IMG/VR virus record: IMGVR_UViG_3300006879_000010
Location: 1 to 34,379 of that record
DNA from: a virus
Lineage: Duplodnaviria; Caudoviricetes
Length of the DNA stretch: 34,379 nucleotides
Direction: 5' to 3' (one strand)
Part shown: positions 26,434 to 34,352 of the stretch, piece by piece
How positions within the stretch are numbered: position 1 is the stretch's first letter
Layout: each line of letters starts with the position of its first letter
Notes under the pieces: generated by a model
The model's input: only the letters and a program-made list of their open reading frames with translations
Databases searched by the model: none
Told to the model about the DNA's origin: nothing
Translations under genes and position numbers: made by a program

Positions 26434-27124
26434 TGTTTGACCCAATAGCCAATAAAAAAGCGGATGAATTGATAAGCAGGTATAACAAAGGAAAGCTTCC
26501 ACCGCAAATGGGGGCTCAGTTATGGCATCCAAGTCAGCTCATCGCATACGATGTGTTTGACCGAACAACAGAATATGCCGAGGGTTTTGGAATATCAGAT
26601 AGTGGGCAAAAGTGGGCAGTTTTACAAGGTTCAGGGCGAGTCAGAGCACCGGGCTTTGCAGAAACGACCTCCAGTGGTTCCATTCAAAAACTTGATATTG
26701 GAGCAACGCAAAAAGATTATAGTGTTTATGCATTAAGTAGATCGAACAGGGGAAGCGGCCGAAACCATGCGATCCTCATATCTTATGTAGACGATAGAAA
26801 CTATTTATACGGCGGTTATTATTCGGGTTCTATACGAGTAACGAAAGTTGTTGATGGAGTGGAAACAATGGTTGCATCCGGGGATTCCGGAATCTTTTCT
26901 GTTGGAAAAACTTGGGAATGGTTAATAGCTAGAGTTGTAAGTGTTTGGGAGCCATATGATTGCATCGTGGTCGGAGATGGTGTGGGAGGTGTGAGGTATA
27001 ATCTGAACAGTGATGTAGATGCATCTTTATTATTGCTAACCTTACTACTGGAATAATGCTTAATCATGGCGTATCTTACCTATCACGTTTTTTTGTTGTG
27101 GATGAAGGGGGCGATTGGTCATGA
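26427..27124 (+). pseudogene. Putative receptor-binding protein with a -1 frameshift near 27026
   Basis: Beta-rich ORF ends in LLLLTLLLE*; the -1 frame continues FIIANLTTGIML...DWS* to an ATGA overlap with the next gene. Confidence 0.6.
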
Positions 27125-27282
27125 GAGTAGCAATGACTACAGATGAACAGGGCGTGCGGAGACCCGATCTTCCTGACTACGCATCGTTTACGATTACAAT
27201 GTGGCATGATGATGGAAAGGTAACAGTGGAGCTTGATGAACGCACGGAGCTTAGAATGCTAATTGAGGAAATGAAACAATAA
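27121..27282 (+). CDS. 53-aa protein (MRVAMTTDEQG...), not in ORF track
   Basis: SD GAAGGGGG; last gene of the putative cassette. Confidence 0.6.
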   Translation: MRVAMTTDEQGVRRPDLPDYASFTITMWHDDGKVTVELDERTELRMLIEEMKQ

Positions 27283-27290
27283 AAATAATA

Positions 27291-27318
27291 ACCATACTCA
27301 ACTAACTGTGGAATAAAG
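27291..27318. repeat. Putative recombination site, right
   Basis: ACCATACTCAA-CTAACT-GTGGAATAAAG. Confidence 0.55.
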
Positions 27319-27324
27319 GTATAT

Positions 27325-27350
27325 AAAAAAAGAGCCTTTATTTAGGCTCT
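27325..27350 (-). terminator. Terminator at the HTH gene end, possibly bidirectional
   Basis: A7 followed by AGAGCCT-TTATTT-AGGCTCT. Confidence 0.65.
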
Positions 27351-27553
27351 AACTCCAGAATATCTGGTATATCACATTCAAGAACCTCACAAATTTTAGC
27401 GAGGTTATCAAGTGGCAATCGCTTAGTTTTGTTGTTGCACATTTCACTTATGGATGGGTGACGGATTCCGGTTAACCTGGATAATTCACGATGGGATATA
27501 TTTTTTTCGATTAATAAATTATTTAATTTTACAGTCACAATAATTTTGATCAT
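27338..27553 (-). CDS. XRE/Cro-C1 HTH regulator (YozG-like)
   Basis: LL.EKNIS.RELSRLTGIR.PSISEMCNN..KR..LDNL.KICEVL.C.I.DIL. Confidence 0.9.
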   Translation of the reverse strand: MIKIIVTVKLNNLLIEKNISHRELSRLTGIRHPSISEMCNNKTKRLPLDNLAKICEVLECDIPDILELEPK

Positions 27554-27577
27554 CTCCTTTTTTATTACTATACCATA

Positions 27578-27628
27578 TTGACACGCAAAACGTAACGTGT
27601 TATATTATTTTGTAACGCTAAGTGTAAC
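27578..27628 (+). promoter_or_regulatory. Sigma-A promoter of the recombinase with two operator-like 18-mers
   Basis: TTGACA-17-TATATT with extended TG; TGACACGCAAAACGTAAC (27579) and TGTAACGCTAAGTGTAAC (27611). Confidence 0.7.
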
Positions 27629-27650
27629 AAAGATATAGGAGATGATCATT

Positions 27651-28511
27651 ATGTTACTGTCTACTATTTGGGAAAGATATAAGAAAGAAAAGCAATTAAG
27701 TGGTCGCAACGTTCCTAGTACATTGGATCAATATGGTATGTATTCAAGACTTTTTATAGAGCATGTTGGAGATATGGAAATAGAAGATGTCACATTAAAA
27801 ATAATGAAGGAATATCTGCACATCCATACAGAAAGATTAAAACCTGGCAGTCTTGCTCAACGCATGAAATACTTTAGATCAATATGGAGATGGGCGCATG
27901 AGGAAGGCTATATTACTGAAAACCCTGCTGCTAGATTAGAAATTCCAGTAGAGGGAAAACGAGCGCCGAAATATGAAAGTGAAGAAACAATCGAAATGAT
28001 GAGGGTCGCCTGTAAGTCACCACTCGAAAATTCTATTTTAGAAGTGTTTTTTGCGACCGGTTGCCGGATAGCAGAGATACAAGGTGCTAATAAAAATATA
28101 GTTGACTGGACTGATCGGTCGATGCTTATCCTTGGGAAAAATGACAAAGAAAGAGACGTTTATTTTGGTGTTAGGTGTGCCATATGGCTGAAAAAATATT
28201 TAAACGCTAGGACAGATACCGATGTGGCTTTATTTGTCACAGAAAGAAAATTCAAATCTAATGGCGGACAATCTAGGAGACTATCAATAGCGCAATTAAG
28301 GGCGATAATTAAGCGGATCGCAAAACGTGCAGGTGTCGGAAATGTGTACCCACATAAATTGAGACATTCATTTGCTATGCATATGTTAAGAAATGGCGCA
28401 CCACTTGAAGCGATCCAGGTTTTCCTGGGACACGCGGATATTGCAACAACAAAAATTTATGCAGACTACGACACAGAAATGAAGAGACAATTATATAAAA
28501 AATATTTTTAA
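27651..28511 (+). CDS. XerC/D-like tyrosine recombinase
   Basis: SAM-like N-domain, NPA, ATGCRIAE, GKNDKER, HKLRHSFA, LGH..IATT.IY; all catalytic residues present, no arm-binding domain. Confidence 0.95.
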   Translation: MLLSTIWERYKKEKQLSGRNVPSTLDQYGMYSRLFIEHVGDMEIEDVTLKIMKEYLHIHTERLKPGSLAQRMKYFRSIWRWAHEEGYITENPAARLEIPVEGKRAPKYESEETIEMMRVACKSPLENSILEVFFATGCRIAEIQGANKNIVDWTDRSMLILGKNDKERDVYFGVRCAIWLKKYLNARTDTDVALFVTERKFKSNGGQSRRLSIAQLRAIIKRIAKRAGVGNVYPHKLRHSFAMHMLRNGAPLEAIQVFLGHADIATTKIYADYDTEMKRQLYKKYF

Positions 28512-28538
28512 GCATCCCACCACCGGGGGTGCTTTTTT
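28510..28538 (+). terminator. Rho-independent terminator
   Basis: AAGCATCCC-loop-GGGGTGCTT-TTTT. Confidence 0.8.
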
Positions 28539-28573
28539 CATGCGATGAAACAGAGAGAGAGAGGGGGCTCAAA

Positions 28574-28888
28574 ATGTCTATAGAGATCGGTATTGCACTT
28601 ACAATATTGTCAGTTGTCATCGCATTTATGGGATATCAACTAAAGAGACAAAGTTATCAATCCGAGCAACATGATGGTATAAAAAAAGATGCCACTCGGG
28701 ACGCGGTGATTGAAACAAAACTAGATAATATTAGTAATGGTGTAGACAATATAAGGATTGATTTGAGATCAAACGAGAAAAAAGTGAGCGAAAATAGTCA
28801 AAGGCTTACCAGGGTAGAGGAATCAACAAAACAGGCGCATAAACGTATAGACGCTTTAGATAATAACAGGAAATCAGGAGGGGACTAA
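28574..28888 (+). CDS. Holin-associated membrane/coiled-coil protein
   Basis: N-terminal TM; RLTRVEESTKQAHKRID; first gene of lysis cassette. Confidence 0.75.
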   Translation: MSIEIGIALTILSVVIAFMGYQLKRQSYQSEQHDGIKKDATRDAVIETKLDNISNGVDNIRIDLRSNEKKVSENSQRLTRVEESTKQAHKRIDALDNNRKSGGD

Positions 28889-28889
28889 A

Positions 28890-29147
28890 ATGCAAGGACT
28901 ATTAAATGAATACATCGTAGAGCAAGCACTGGTAGTGATTCCGGTGCTTTTAATTTTGGGTAAAATCATCAAGGACACGCCACGATTTAAAGATTGGTTG
29001 ATACCATATGCGTTGTTAATCATAGGTGTGGTCATTACTGTCGCAATGCTAGGCTTTAATGTGGATGCGGTTGTACAAGGGATATTAGTAAGTGGTGCGG
29101 CAGTATTTGGACATGAGTTATTTAAACAAGGAAAAAAGCGCGATTAA
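28890..29147 (+). CDS. Holin
   Basis: TM helices; IPVL.ILGKIIK.TP..KDW.IP, QGILV.GAAV. Confidence 0.88.
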   Translation: MQGLLNEYIVEQALVVIPVLLILGKIIKDTPRFKDWLIPYALLIIGVVITVAMLGFNVDAVVQGILVSGAAVFGHELFKQGKKRD

Positions 29148-29187
29148 TTTCGTTGTTCTTTTTTAATTATGAAAAGGAGATGTAAAG

Positions 29188-30228
29188 ATGGTTAAGACAA
29201 GTAAAAGTTTAGTGGCAAGTCGTGCTTTAACCTATAGTGGAAGGAACGGTAAAACTCACATCACTATTCACGAGACTGCAAATACCGATCCGGGAACAGG
29301 CGCAGAAACACACGCTAGATTGCAACAGAATGGCTTTACAGCTTCATGGCATTGGCAAGTGGATGATAAGGAAGCTATACAGTCCTTTCCACATGACGTA
29401 AGGTGCTGGCATGCAGGTGATGGGGATACAGCCAATGGCGGTAACTTTAACTCAATTGGAATTGAAATTTGCGTTAACTCTGATGGAGATTTTACAAAGG
29501 CTGTCAAAAACGCTGCTGAATTGGTTAAGAAGATTATGAAGGATGAAGGTATTCCGTTGTCACATGTGGTACAGCACAACCATTGGTCGGGGAAGCATTG
29601 TCCTACTAATTTACGAAATGGAAGCAAAGGTATCACTTGGAATCAATTCAAAAACATGATTAGTGGTTCCGGCGGTAAGACTACCTACACTCCACCAAAA
29701 AAGCAGACAGGCTCAACAAGCACACCTGCAAGCGGTAGAGTAGAATCTAAGGTAAACGGTCTACGTTTTTATAATAAGCCTTCATGGGCTGACAAGGACG
29801 TTGTGGGGCGTGTGGATAAGGGTATTGGATTCCCTACTATTGTTAAAAAGGTAAAGGTCGGCAAAGGATATCAGTACCAAGTTAAAAATAGTAAGGGCGC
29901 AACGTATTATATTACTGCTGCCGATAAGTATGTAAAGGTCGTTGGTGGATCAGCGCCTAAAGCAAGCAAGCCTGCCAGTAAGCCTAAGCCATCCAATGGA
30001 AAATCCGGCAAAGCAGGTAAATTAAAAATAGTCGGAGTTTCTAATGCAGCCATTGTCATGAGCAAGCCTGACCGTAATAGCTCAAGCAATTTAGGTACAG
30101 TTAATAAAGGTAGTACGCTGCCTTTAAATGGTTCTGTTCGTGGCAAGAATAGCAGTAGCGGTTACTGGGAAGTTAAATACAAAGGTAAGCTAGGATATAT
30201 TACGGGTAAGTTTGGTAAGCAAGTATAA
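29188..30228 (+). CDS. Endolysin, Amidase_2 N-acetylmuramoyl-L-alanine amidase with SH3b-like domains
   Basis: ITIHETAN, ASWHWQVDD, WHAGDG, SIGIEIC, QHNHWSGK.CP. Confidence 0.95.
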   Translation: MVKTSKSLVASRALTYSGRNGKTHITIHETANTDPGTGAETHARLQQNGFTASWHWQVDDKEAIQSFPHDVRCWHAGDGDTANGGNFNSIGIEICVNSDGDFTKAVKNAAELVKKIMKDEGIPLSHVVQHNHWSGKHCPTNLRNGSKGITWNQFKNMISGSGGKTTYTPPKKQTGSTSTPASGRVESKVNGLRFYNKPSWADKDVVGRVDKGIGFPTIVKKVKVGKGYQYQVKNSKGATYYITAADKYVKVVGGSAPKASKPASKPKPSNGKSGKAGKLKIVGVSNAAIVMSKPDRNSSSNLGTVNKGSTLPLNGSVRGKNSSSGYWEVKYKGKLGYITGKFGKQV

Positions 30229-30255
30229 AAAAAGAGCCGTCACAATGTGGCGGCT
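30227..30255 (-). terminator. Terminator between convergent genes
   Basis: A7 followed by AGCCGTCAC-AAT-GTGGCGGCT. Confidence 0.7.
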
Positions 30256-30315
30256 AAATGTCTGAAAGCTATTATGACCTTTAATATTATTTCCAATTAC
30301 GATTTAAATATACTA

Positions 30316-30432
30316 TTACGGGGCCCATTCATATTTAATTTTCCCGTTAATCCTTTTAGAAGCACTAACAGCATCCTCTCTTTTTCTGTATGCGCCGTAA
30401 AAATTCCCGAAGCGATCATAAACTCTGTACAT
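30316..30432 (-). CDS. 38-aa protein (MYRVYDRFGNFYGAYRKREDA...), not in ORF track
   Basis: SD AAAGGA; ATG directly follows the HNH stop in the same frame. Confidence 0.4.
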   Translation of the reverse strand: MYRVYDRFGNFYGAYRKREDAVSASKRINGKIKYEWAP

Positions 30433-31134
30433 TTAATCAATCCTTTCGTAGAGGTCGGCGTTATTGACTTTCCTTCCTGGACTTTCATGAAATGCATTTA
30501 GCGCTTTTTCGGTATCCCATCCTCTATGCAATCTGCTTATAAATAAAGATGGCGATAAACCATGTTCTTTTGCTAAACTGCTTAATGTATATTTTTTTCC
30601 TTTATAATAAATGCGTCTATTGTTAGTTCTGTTATTTCCTTGAATTTCCCAAGTGGCCCATCTGCAATTTTCTGGATTGTATCCTTTATTGACATCCTTT
30701 CGATCAATACTTGTATTTTCTTCTCCGTATTTTCTTGCGTGCTCTAAATAATTATCATACATATCAGCTTTAAAATTTAGGAACTCTTTCCAACGTTCGC
30801 AAACTTCAATGCCACGACCAGCGTATATTTTATATTCTGGTGAATCACGGTTTAAGGTGTCAGAACATCTTCGTTTCATAGATATCCAAATGCGATGAAA
30901 CCTTGTCCCTGTCATGCCGTGCGTTGTGGCTTTTCTGGATTTTAACTTGGAATCTTTACGTAAACAACCGCATGACTTTTTGTTTCCTGAATGCAGGTTC
31001 CCTTGACACGAGACTGTGGATTTTCCGCATTCACACTTACACTTCCAATATATTTTACCGTTTTTCCTTTCGTAGAATTGAACAATTGTCAGCTTCCCAT
31101 AAACTTCTCCAGTCCTGTCCTTTAACCGACTCAT
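30433..31134 (-). CDS. Free-standing HNH-type homing endonuclease-like protein
   Basis: WKCKCECG, SCGC, HG..TR..RIW..MK.RC, Y.GRGI.VCERW, SIDR.D.NKGY.PENCRWAT..Q.NN. Confidence 0.85.
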   Translation of the reverse strand: MSRLKDRTGEVYGKLTIVQFYERKNGKIYWKCKCECGKSTVSCQGNLHSGNKKSCGCLRKDSKLKSRKATTHGMTGTRFHRIWISMKRRCSDTLNRDSPEYKIYAGRGIEVCERWKEFLNFKADMYDNYLEHARKYGEENTSIDRKDVNKGYNPENCRWATWEIQGNNRTNNRRIYYKGKKYTLSSLAKEHGLSPSLFISRLHRGWDTEKALNAFHESPGRKVNNADLYERID

Positions 31135-31152
31135 TCCATCACCCCTGCTTTG

Positions 31153-31350
31153 TTATTTAAGTTCATAAAAATCATTTATTGTACATCCCAGTACTTCAGA
31201 CATTCTAATTAATGTTTCCATCCTCGGTATCGTCCTGCCACTTATCCAGTTATTGGCTTGTTGAGGTGAAACCCCTAGTCTTTCCGCAAATTCTTTTTGA
31301 GTAATATCTTTTTGTACTAAGATTATTTTTATTTTGCATTTTATTGCCAC
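31153..31350 (-). CDS. XRE-family HTH regulator
   Basis: ITQKEFAERLGVSPQQANNWISGRT.P; SD GGGGTG with GTG start. Confidence 0.88.
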   Translation of the reverse strand: MAIKCKIKIILVQKDITQKEFAERLGVSPQQANNWISGRTIPRMETLIRMSEVLGCTINDFYELK

Positions 31351-31689
31351 GTCCAACACCCCTAAACTAATAGTATATTCACCTACCTTCCATAATATCA
31401 CCATAATTTCATTATACAACATAATGATTTAAAAGTACACTATTAGGATTTAAAAATACATTATTTAAGGACATAATTGTATAAACAATTCATATGATTA
31501 AGTATAGGCAAGTGAATATGCGATTCTGTACCTGTATTTCCGATTTAACATTACTCACTATTTAACTTCTTTCTGTTCGTAATATGTGCTATATTTTTAT
31601 TCTTGTCCACATTGTTCATTTCATTGATATAACAACATTGGCACATACAATTGCATATTCATTGCTAGATTATACGAATGAAGGGGCGA

Positions 31690-31896
31690 ATGAATATGAA
31701 TTTTGATTCAGAAAATGCGTTTGATCCACTCATGAATTTTGTAGAAAATGAGGATTATGATTTCGATAAAACAATGGGGCAATTCATGTACATGTACGAT
31801 GAGGATGACGTTTATTATTACAAAGATATTAATACCCGTGACTATTTAAAGTTAGACGGCAGCGGTAAACGTGTAGGTGGTAAATGGAATGGTTAG
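31690..31896 (+). CDS. Small acidic hypothetical protein
   Basis: SD AAGGGG; FMYMY..YYYKDINTRDYL. Confidence 0.65.
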   Translation: MNMNFDSENAFDPLMNFVENEDYDFDKTMGQFMYMYDEDDVYYYKDINTRDYLKLDGSGKRVGGKWNG

Positions 31897-32071
31897 TTGG
31901 GATTGTCCGCAGTGTGGAGGTTCGGGTAAGGAAGAGGTTACTATCATGCGTGGTGGTAAAGTTACTCAATTCAGAGATGATTGCAGCAGATGTTATGGGG
32001 CGGGTACGTTCAGAAACGGAATACCAGAACTTGATACGTTTGATCATTCTAATTTTACACCAGATTGGTAA
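31889..32071 (+). CDS. Small DnaJ-type zinc-finger protein
   Basis: CPQCGGSG and CSRCYGAG (two CxxCxGxG); SD AGGTGG. Confidence 0.7.
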   Translation: MVSWDCPQCGGSGKEEVTIMRGGKVTQFRDDCSRCYGAGTFRNGIPELDTFDHSNFTPDW

Positions 32072-32083
32072 AGGAGGAATACA

Positions 32084-33226
32084 ATGCTTCTCGAATTCGG
32101 AGTGTGGGCAGGTTCAGCATATTTATTACACCGTTCATTGTTCGGTCCTGTCAGCGATCAAAAGAAAATAAAAAAGACATTTGAAAATGTTAAATTTGGT
32201 TTTGGTGATAAATTTCCGCAGCATTCATGGACAAATAAAACAGATCACTACACTATATACGGTTACAATTTGCCATACGGATTAATGGATAATCCAAAGC
32301 TGGAACTGATTCTTGAAAAAACATTGAATAAACCTGTAGCTGTGGAAATGGATAATCAATTGAAAATTAGAGTATATAAGGAGGATTTAAAAATGAGATA
32401 TGATTATGATTTTAGTCGTAATTATTCGGGTGGATGGACTGCACCCATTGGTAAAACATTGAATGGAATAGCGATGCACGATTTTGATAAAATACCACAC
32501 ATGACAATTGCCGGTATGACCAGGCAAGGGAAAACAGTACTGCTTAAACTTATTATGACCCACTTAATATCATATCATGCAGATGATGTGGAGTTTTATA
32601 TTATTGATTTAAAAGGCGGCCTGGAATTTGATCAGTATAGAAATATAAAACAAGTTAAGCGAGTAGCAAGTGATGTGAACGAAGCGTATAAACTGCTCAC
32701 AGACGTTTCAGAGCAGATCAAAACAGATATGTCACACTTTAAACAGAATGGTTACACGAACATTTTAAATACTGATATTAAGAAACGTAAATTCATTATT
32801 ACAGATGAAGGCGCGGAACTTGCTCCTGCCACTCACCAAACTAAAGAACAGAAAGATATGTTTAAGTTTTGCCAACATACGCTATCAGAAATTGCACGTG
32901 TTGCTGGCGCACTTGGTTACAGGAATATATTTTGCACTCAATATCCCACATCCGACACATTACCTCGACAAATTAAACAAAATAGCGATGCAAAGATAAG
33001 TTTTCGTTTACCGACCGAAGTAGCTTCTCGTGTGGCCATTGATGAACAAGGTGCGGAAACATTAGAAAATGCAGGTAGAGCCATTTATCGAACGCATGAA
33101 AGGCAGATTATACAAGTTCCTTATATATCTGATGAAGATATGAAAGAACATTTAAAGGAGTGGGAGCATGAACCAACAACAGAAAAAAATACAGCGACAA
33201 GAACAGATATTATCGAGATTGGATGA
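32084..33226 (+). CDS. FtsK/SpoIIIE-family ATPase
   Basis: PHMTIAGMTRQGKT, IIDLKGG, IITDE, CTQYP, GAETL..AGRAI. Confidence 0.93.
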   Translation: MLLEFGVWAGSAYLLHRSLFGPVSDQKKIKKTFENVKFGFGDKFPQHSWTNKTDHYTIYGYNLPYGLMDNPKLELILEKTLNKPVAVEMDNQLKIRVYKEDLKMRYDYDFSRNYSGGWTAPIGKTLNGIAMHDFDKIPHMTIAGMTRQGKTVLLKLIMTHLISYHADDVEFYIIDLKGGLEFDQYRNIKQVKRVASDVNEAYKLLTDVSEQIKTDMSHFKQNGYTNILNTDIKKRKFIITDEGAELAPATHQTKEQKDMFKFCQHTLSEIARVAGALGYRNIFCTQYPTSDTLPRQIKQNSDAKISFRLPTEVASRVAIDEQGAETLENAGRAIYRTHERQIIQVPYISDEDMKEHLKEWEHEPTTEKNTATRTDIIEIG

Positions 33227-33758
33227 CTTAGGTTATGCAACAAGGAAGCAGGTGCAGGTAATCGAAAGTTTGGGCGGGGATCGTAATGCCCACAGGATAT
33301 TGCACGAAATGGAAAAAGATAAACTAATATCTTCGGTGCGGCGGGAGCAGAAAATATATTTTTTATCTGGATCGGGTAAAAATATTATTGGTAGCACAAA
33401 AGAATTAAAACAGTCTCACATTGACCATACCCTTATGAAGAATGATATGTATATTAAGTTGGGTATGCCTAAAAGTTGGCAAACAGAAGTGCCGGTCAAA
33501 CTTAATGATCAAGAAAAGTATTTGATTTCTGATGCAATGTTTAATGTCGATAATAAAGTAAGCTTTATAGAGATAGATAACCTGCAAGCAATGCAAACTA
33601 ATGATGATAAAATTTTGAAGTACGGAAAGTTATTTAAGGCTATGTTTCGGCAGTATAAGGAACATCCGACATTAATATGGTACACATTGTCAGATGTGCG
33701 GAAAAAGAAGTTAGAAGAAGCGTGTAATAAGCATGGAATTAAATTTAAAATATATTAG
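33168..33758 (+). CDS. Replication-relaxation family protein (wHTH plus PD-(D/E)XK)
   Basis: ATRKQ, RNA.RIL, HTLM.ND.Y, ISDA.F, FIEID; overlaps FtsK. Confidence 0.85.
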   Translation: MNQQQKKIQRQEQILSRLDDLGYATRKQVQVIESLGGDRNAHRILHEMEKDKLISSVRREQKIYFLSGSGKNIIGSTKELKQSHIDHTLMKNDMYIKLGMPKSWQTEVPVKLNDQEKYLISDAMFNVDNKVSFIEIDNLQAMQTNDDKILKYGKLFKAMFRQYKEHPTLIWYTLSDVRKKKLEEACNKHGIKFKIY

Positions 33759-33768
33759 GAGGTATTCT

Positions 33769-33948
33769 ATGGAAGGCGAACACACTATTTGTTTTATACT
33801 TGATAATTTATCTGAAGGTATTTTGAGATGCCACAAAGAGTTAATTGAGATTGCGGAAGAGTTAGACGGAAAGCACGAAGATGAAGTTAAAAGTGTTTGT
33901 GGAGAAATCGTTAATCAACTTGAAAAAATAAAACCGCTGGATTATTAG
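33769..33948 (+). CDS. Hypothetical protein
   Basis: SD AGGAGG. Confidence 0.6.
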   Translation: MEGEHTICFILDNLSEGILRCHKELIEIAEELDGKHEDEVKSVCGEIVNQLEKIKPLDY

Positions 33949-33958
33949 GAGGGGTTTC

Positions 33959-34168
33959 ATGCAAAGATTTATACAAAATAATAACCTGTCTGATGACGAT
34001 TATATTTACTACAATTTTGAAGGTAGCGAATATACAATCCACAGGTTAGATTATCTGCATGTATTAGATTGGAAGGATATGTCCTTTAAGATTCGCACTA
34101 AACATGATCATGTATTTTGGTTGCATCTGCCGTATTTATCGTATGGATGTAAAATAAGCCTGCACTAA
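33959..34168 (+). CDS. Hypothetical protein
   Basis: SD AGGAGG. Confidence 0.5.
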   Translation: MQRFIQNNNLSDDDYIYYNFEGSEYTIHRLDYLHVLDWKDMSFKIRTKHDHVFWLHLPYLSYGCKISLH

Positions 34169-34176
34169 GGCATGCA

Positions 34177-34211
34177 TTTACACACAAAAAAATTTACACA
34201 AATTTTACACA
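34177..34211 (+). repeat. Three TTTACACA direct repeats, putative integrase arm sites
   Basis: Copies at 34177, 34193 and 34204, about 50 bp from the candidate att core. Confidence 0.6.
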
Positions 34212-34261
34212 TGAAAAACATAAACACCTATCATAACAATGTATAATCCACCCCGCTACAT

Positions 34262-34277
34262 CCCGGCCACTGGTATC
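34262..34277 (+). other. Putative attR core resembling a tRNA-Leu 3' end
   Basis: CCCGGCCACTGGTATC resembles, from recall, the Bacillus tRNA-Leu(CAA) end CCCGACCACCGGTATC. Confidence 0.55.
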
Positions 34278-34315
34278 GGCAGGAAAATATACGTTAAGTT
34301 TAAATATAAAAATAT

Positions 34316-34352
34316 AACCGCAAACGTTGTTAAATCAATGTTTGCGGTTTTC
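34316..34352. terminator. 14-bp inverted repeat downstream of att
   Basis: AACCGCAAACGTTG-TTAAAT-CAATGTTTGCGGTT. Confidence 0.6.

Larger units (their letters stand above)
1..34277 (+). mobile_element. Temperate siphovirus prophage (left end outside window)
   Basis: Co-oriented replication, packaging, head, tail and lysis modules, ending at arm-type repeats and a tRNA-like att core near 34262-34277. Confidence 0.95.

Noticed and set aside
26285-27318. Invertible shufflon or diversity-generating retroelement for the tail
   Set aside because: Sites are in direct orientation, there are no reverse-strand fibre fragments, and no reverse transcriptase or TR/VR pair is seen
28552-28563. (AG)6 tract as a phase-variation site
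   Set aside because: Short, non-coding and upstream of the SD; the 28529 start that would include it lies inside a terminator
27322-30238. 15-bp direct repeat TATAAAAAAAGAGCC at 27322 and 30224 around the recombinase and lysis genes
   Set aside because: Both copies are the A-tract and stem of terminators, low complexity, with no dyad arms; excision would remove the lysis genes
30297-30501. ORFs 30297..30497 (-) and 30247..30501 (+)
   Set aside because: No SD and they overlap the HNH end; the 38-aa ORF at 30316-30432 has better signals
30433-31134. Group I intron hosting the HNH gene
   Set aside because: Flanking genes are intact and separate; no split exon is evident
34230-34290. Complete tRNA gene
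   Set aside because: Only a ~16-bp 3'-end-like fragment; no GTTCRA T-loop, D-arm or anticodon arm
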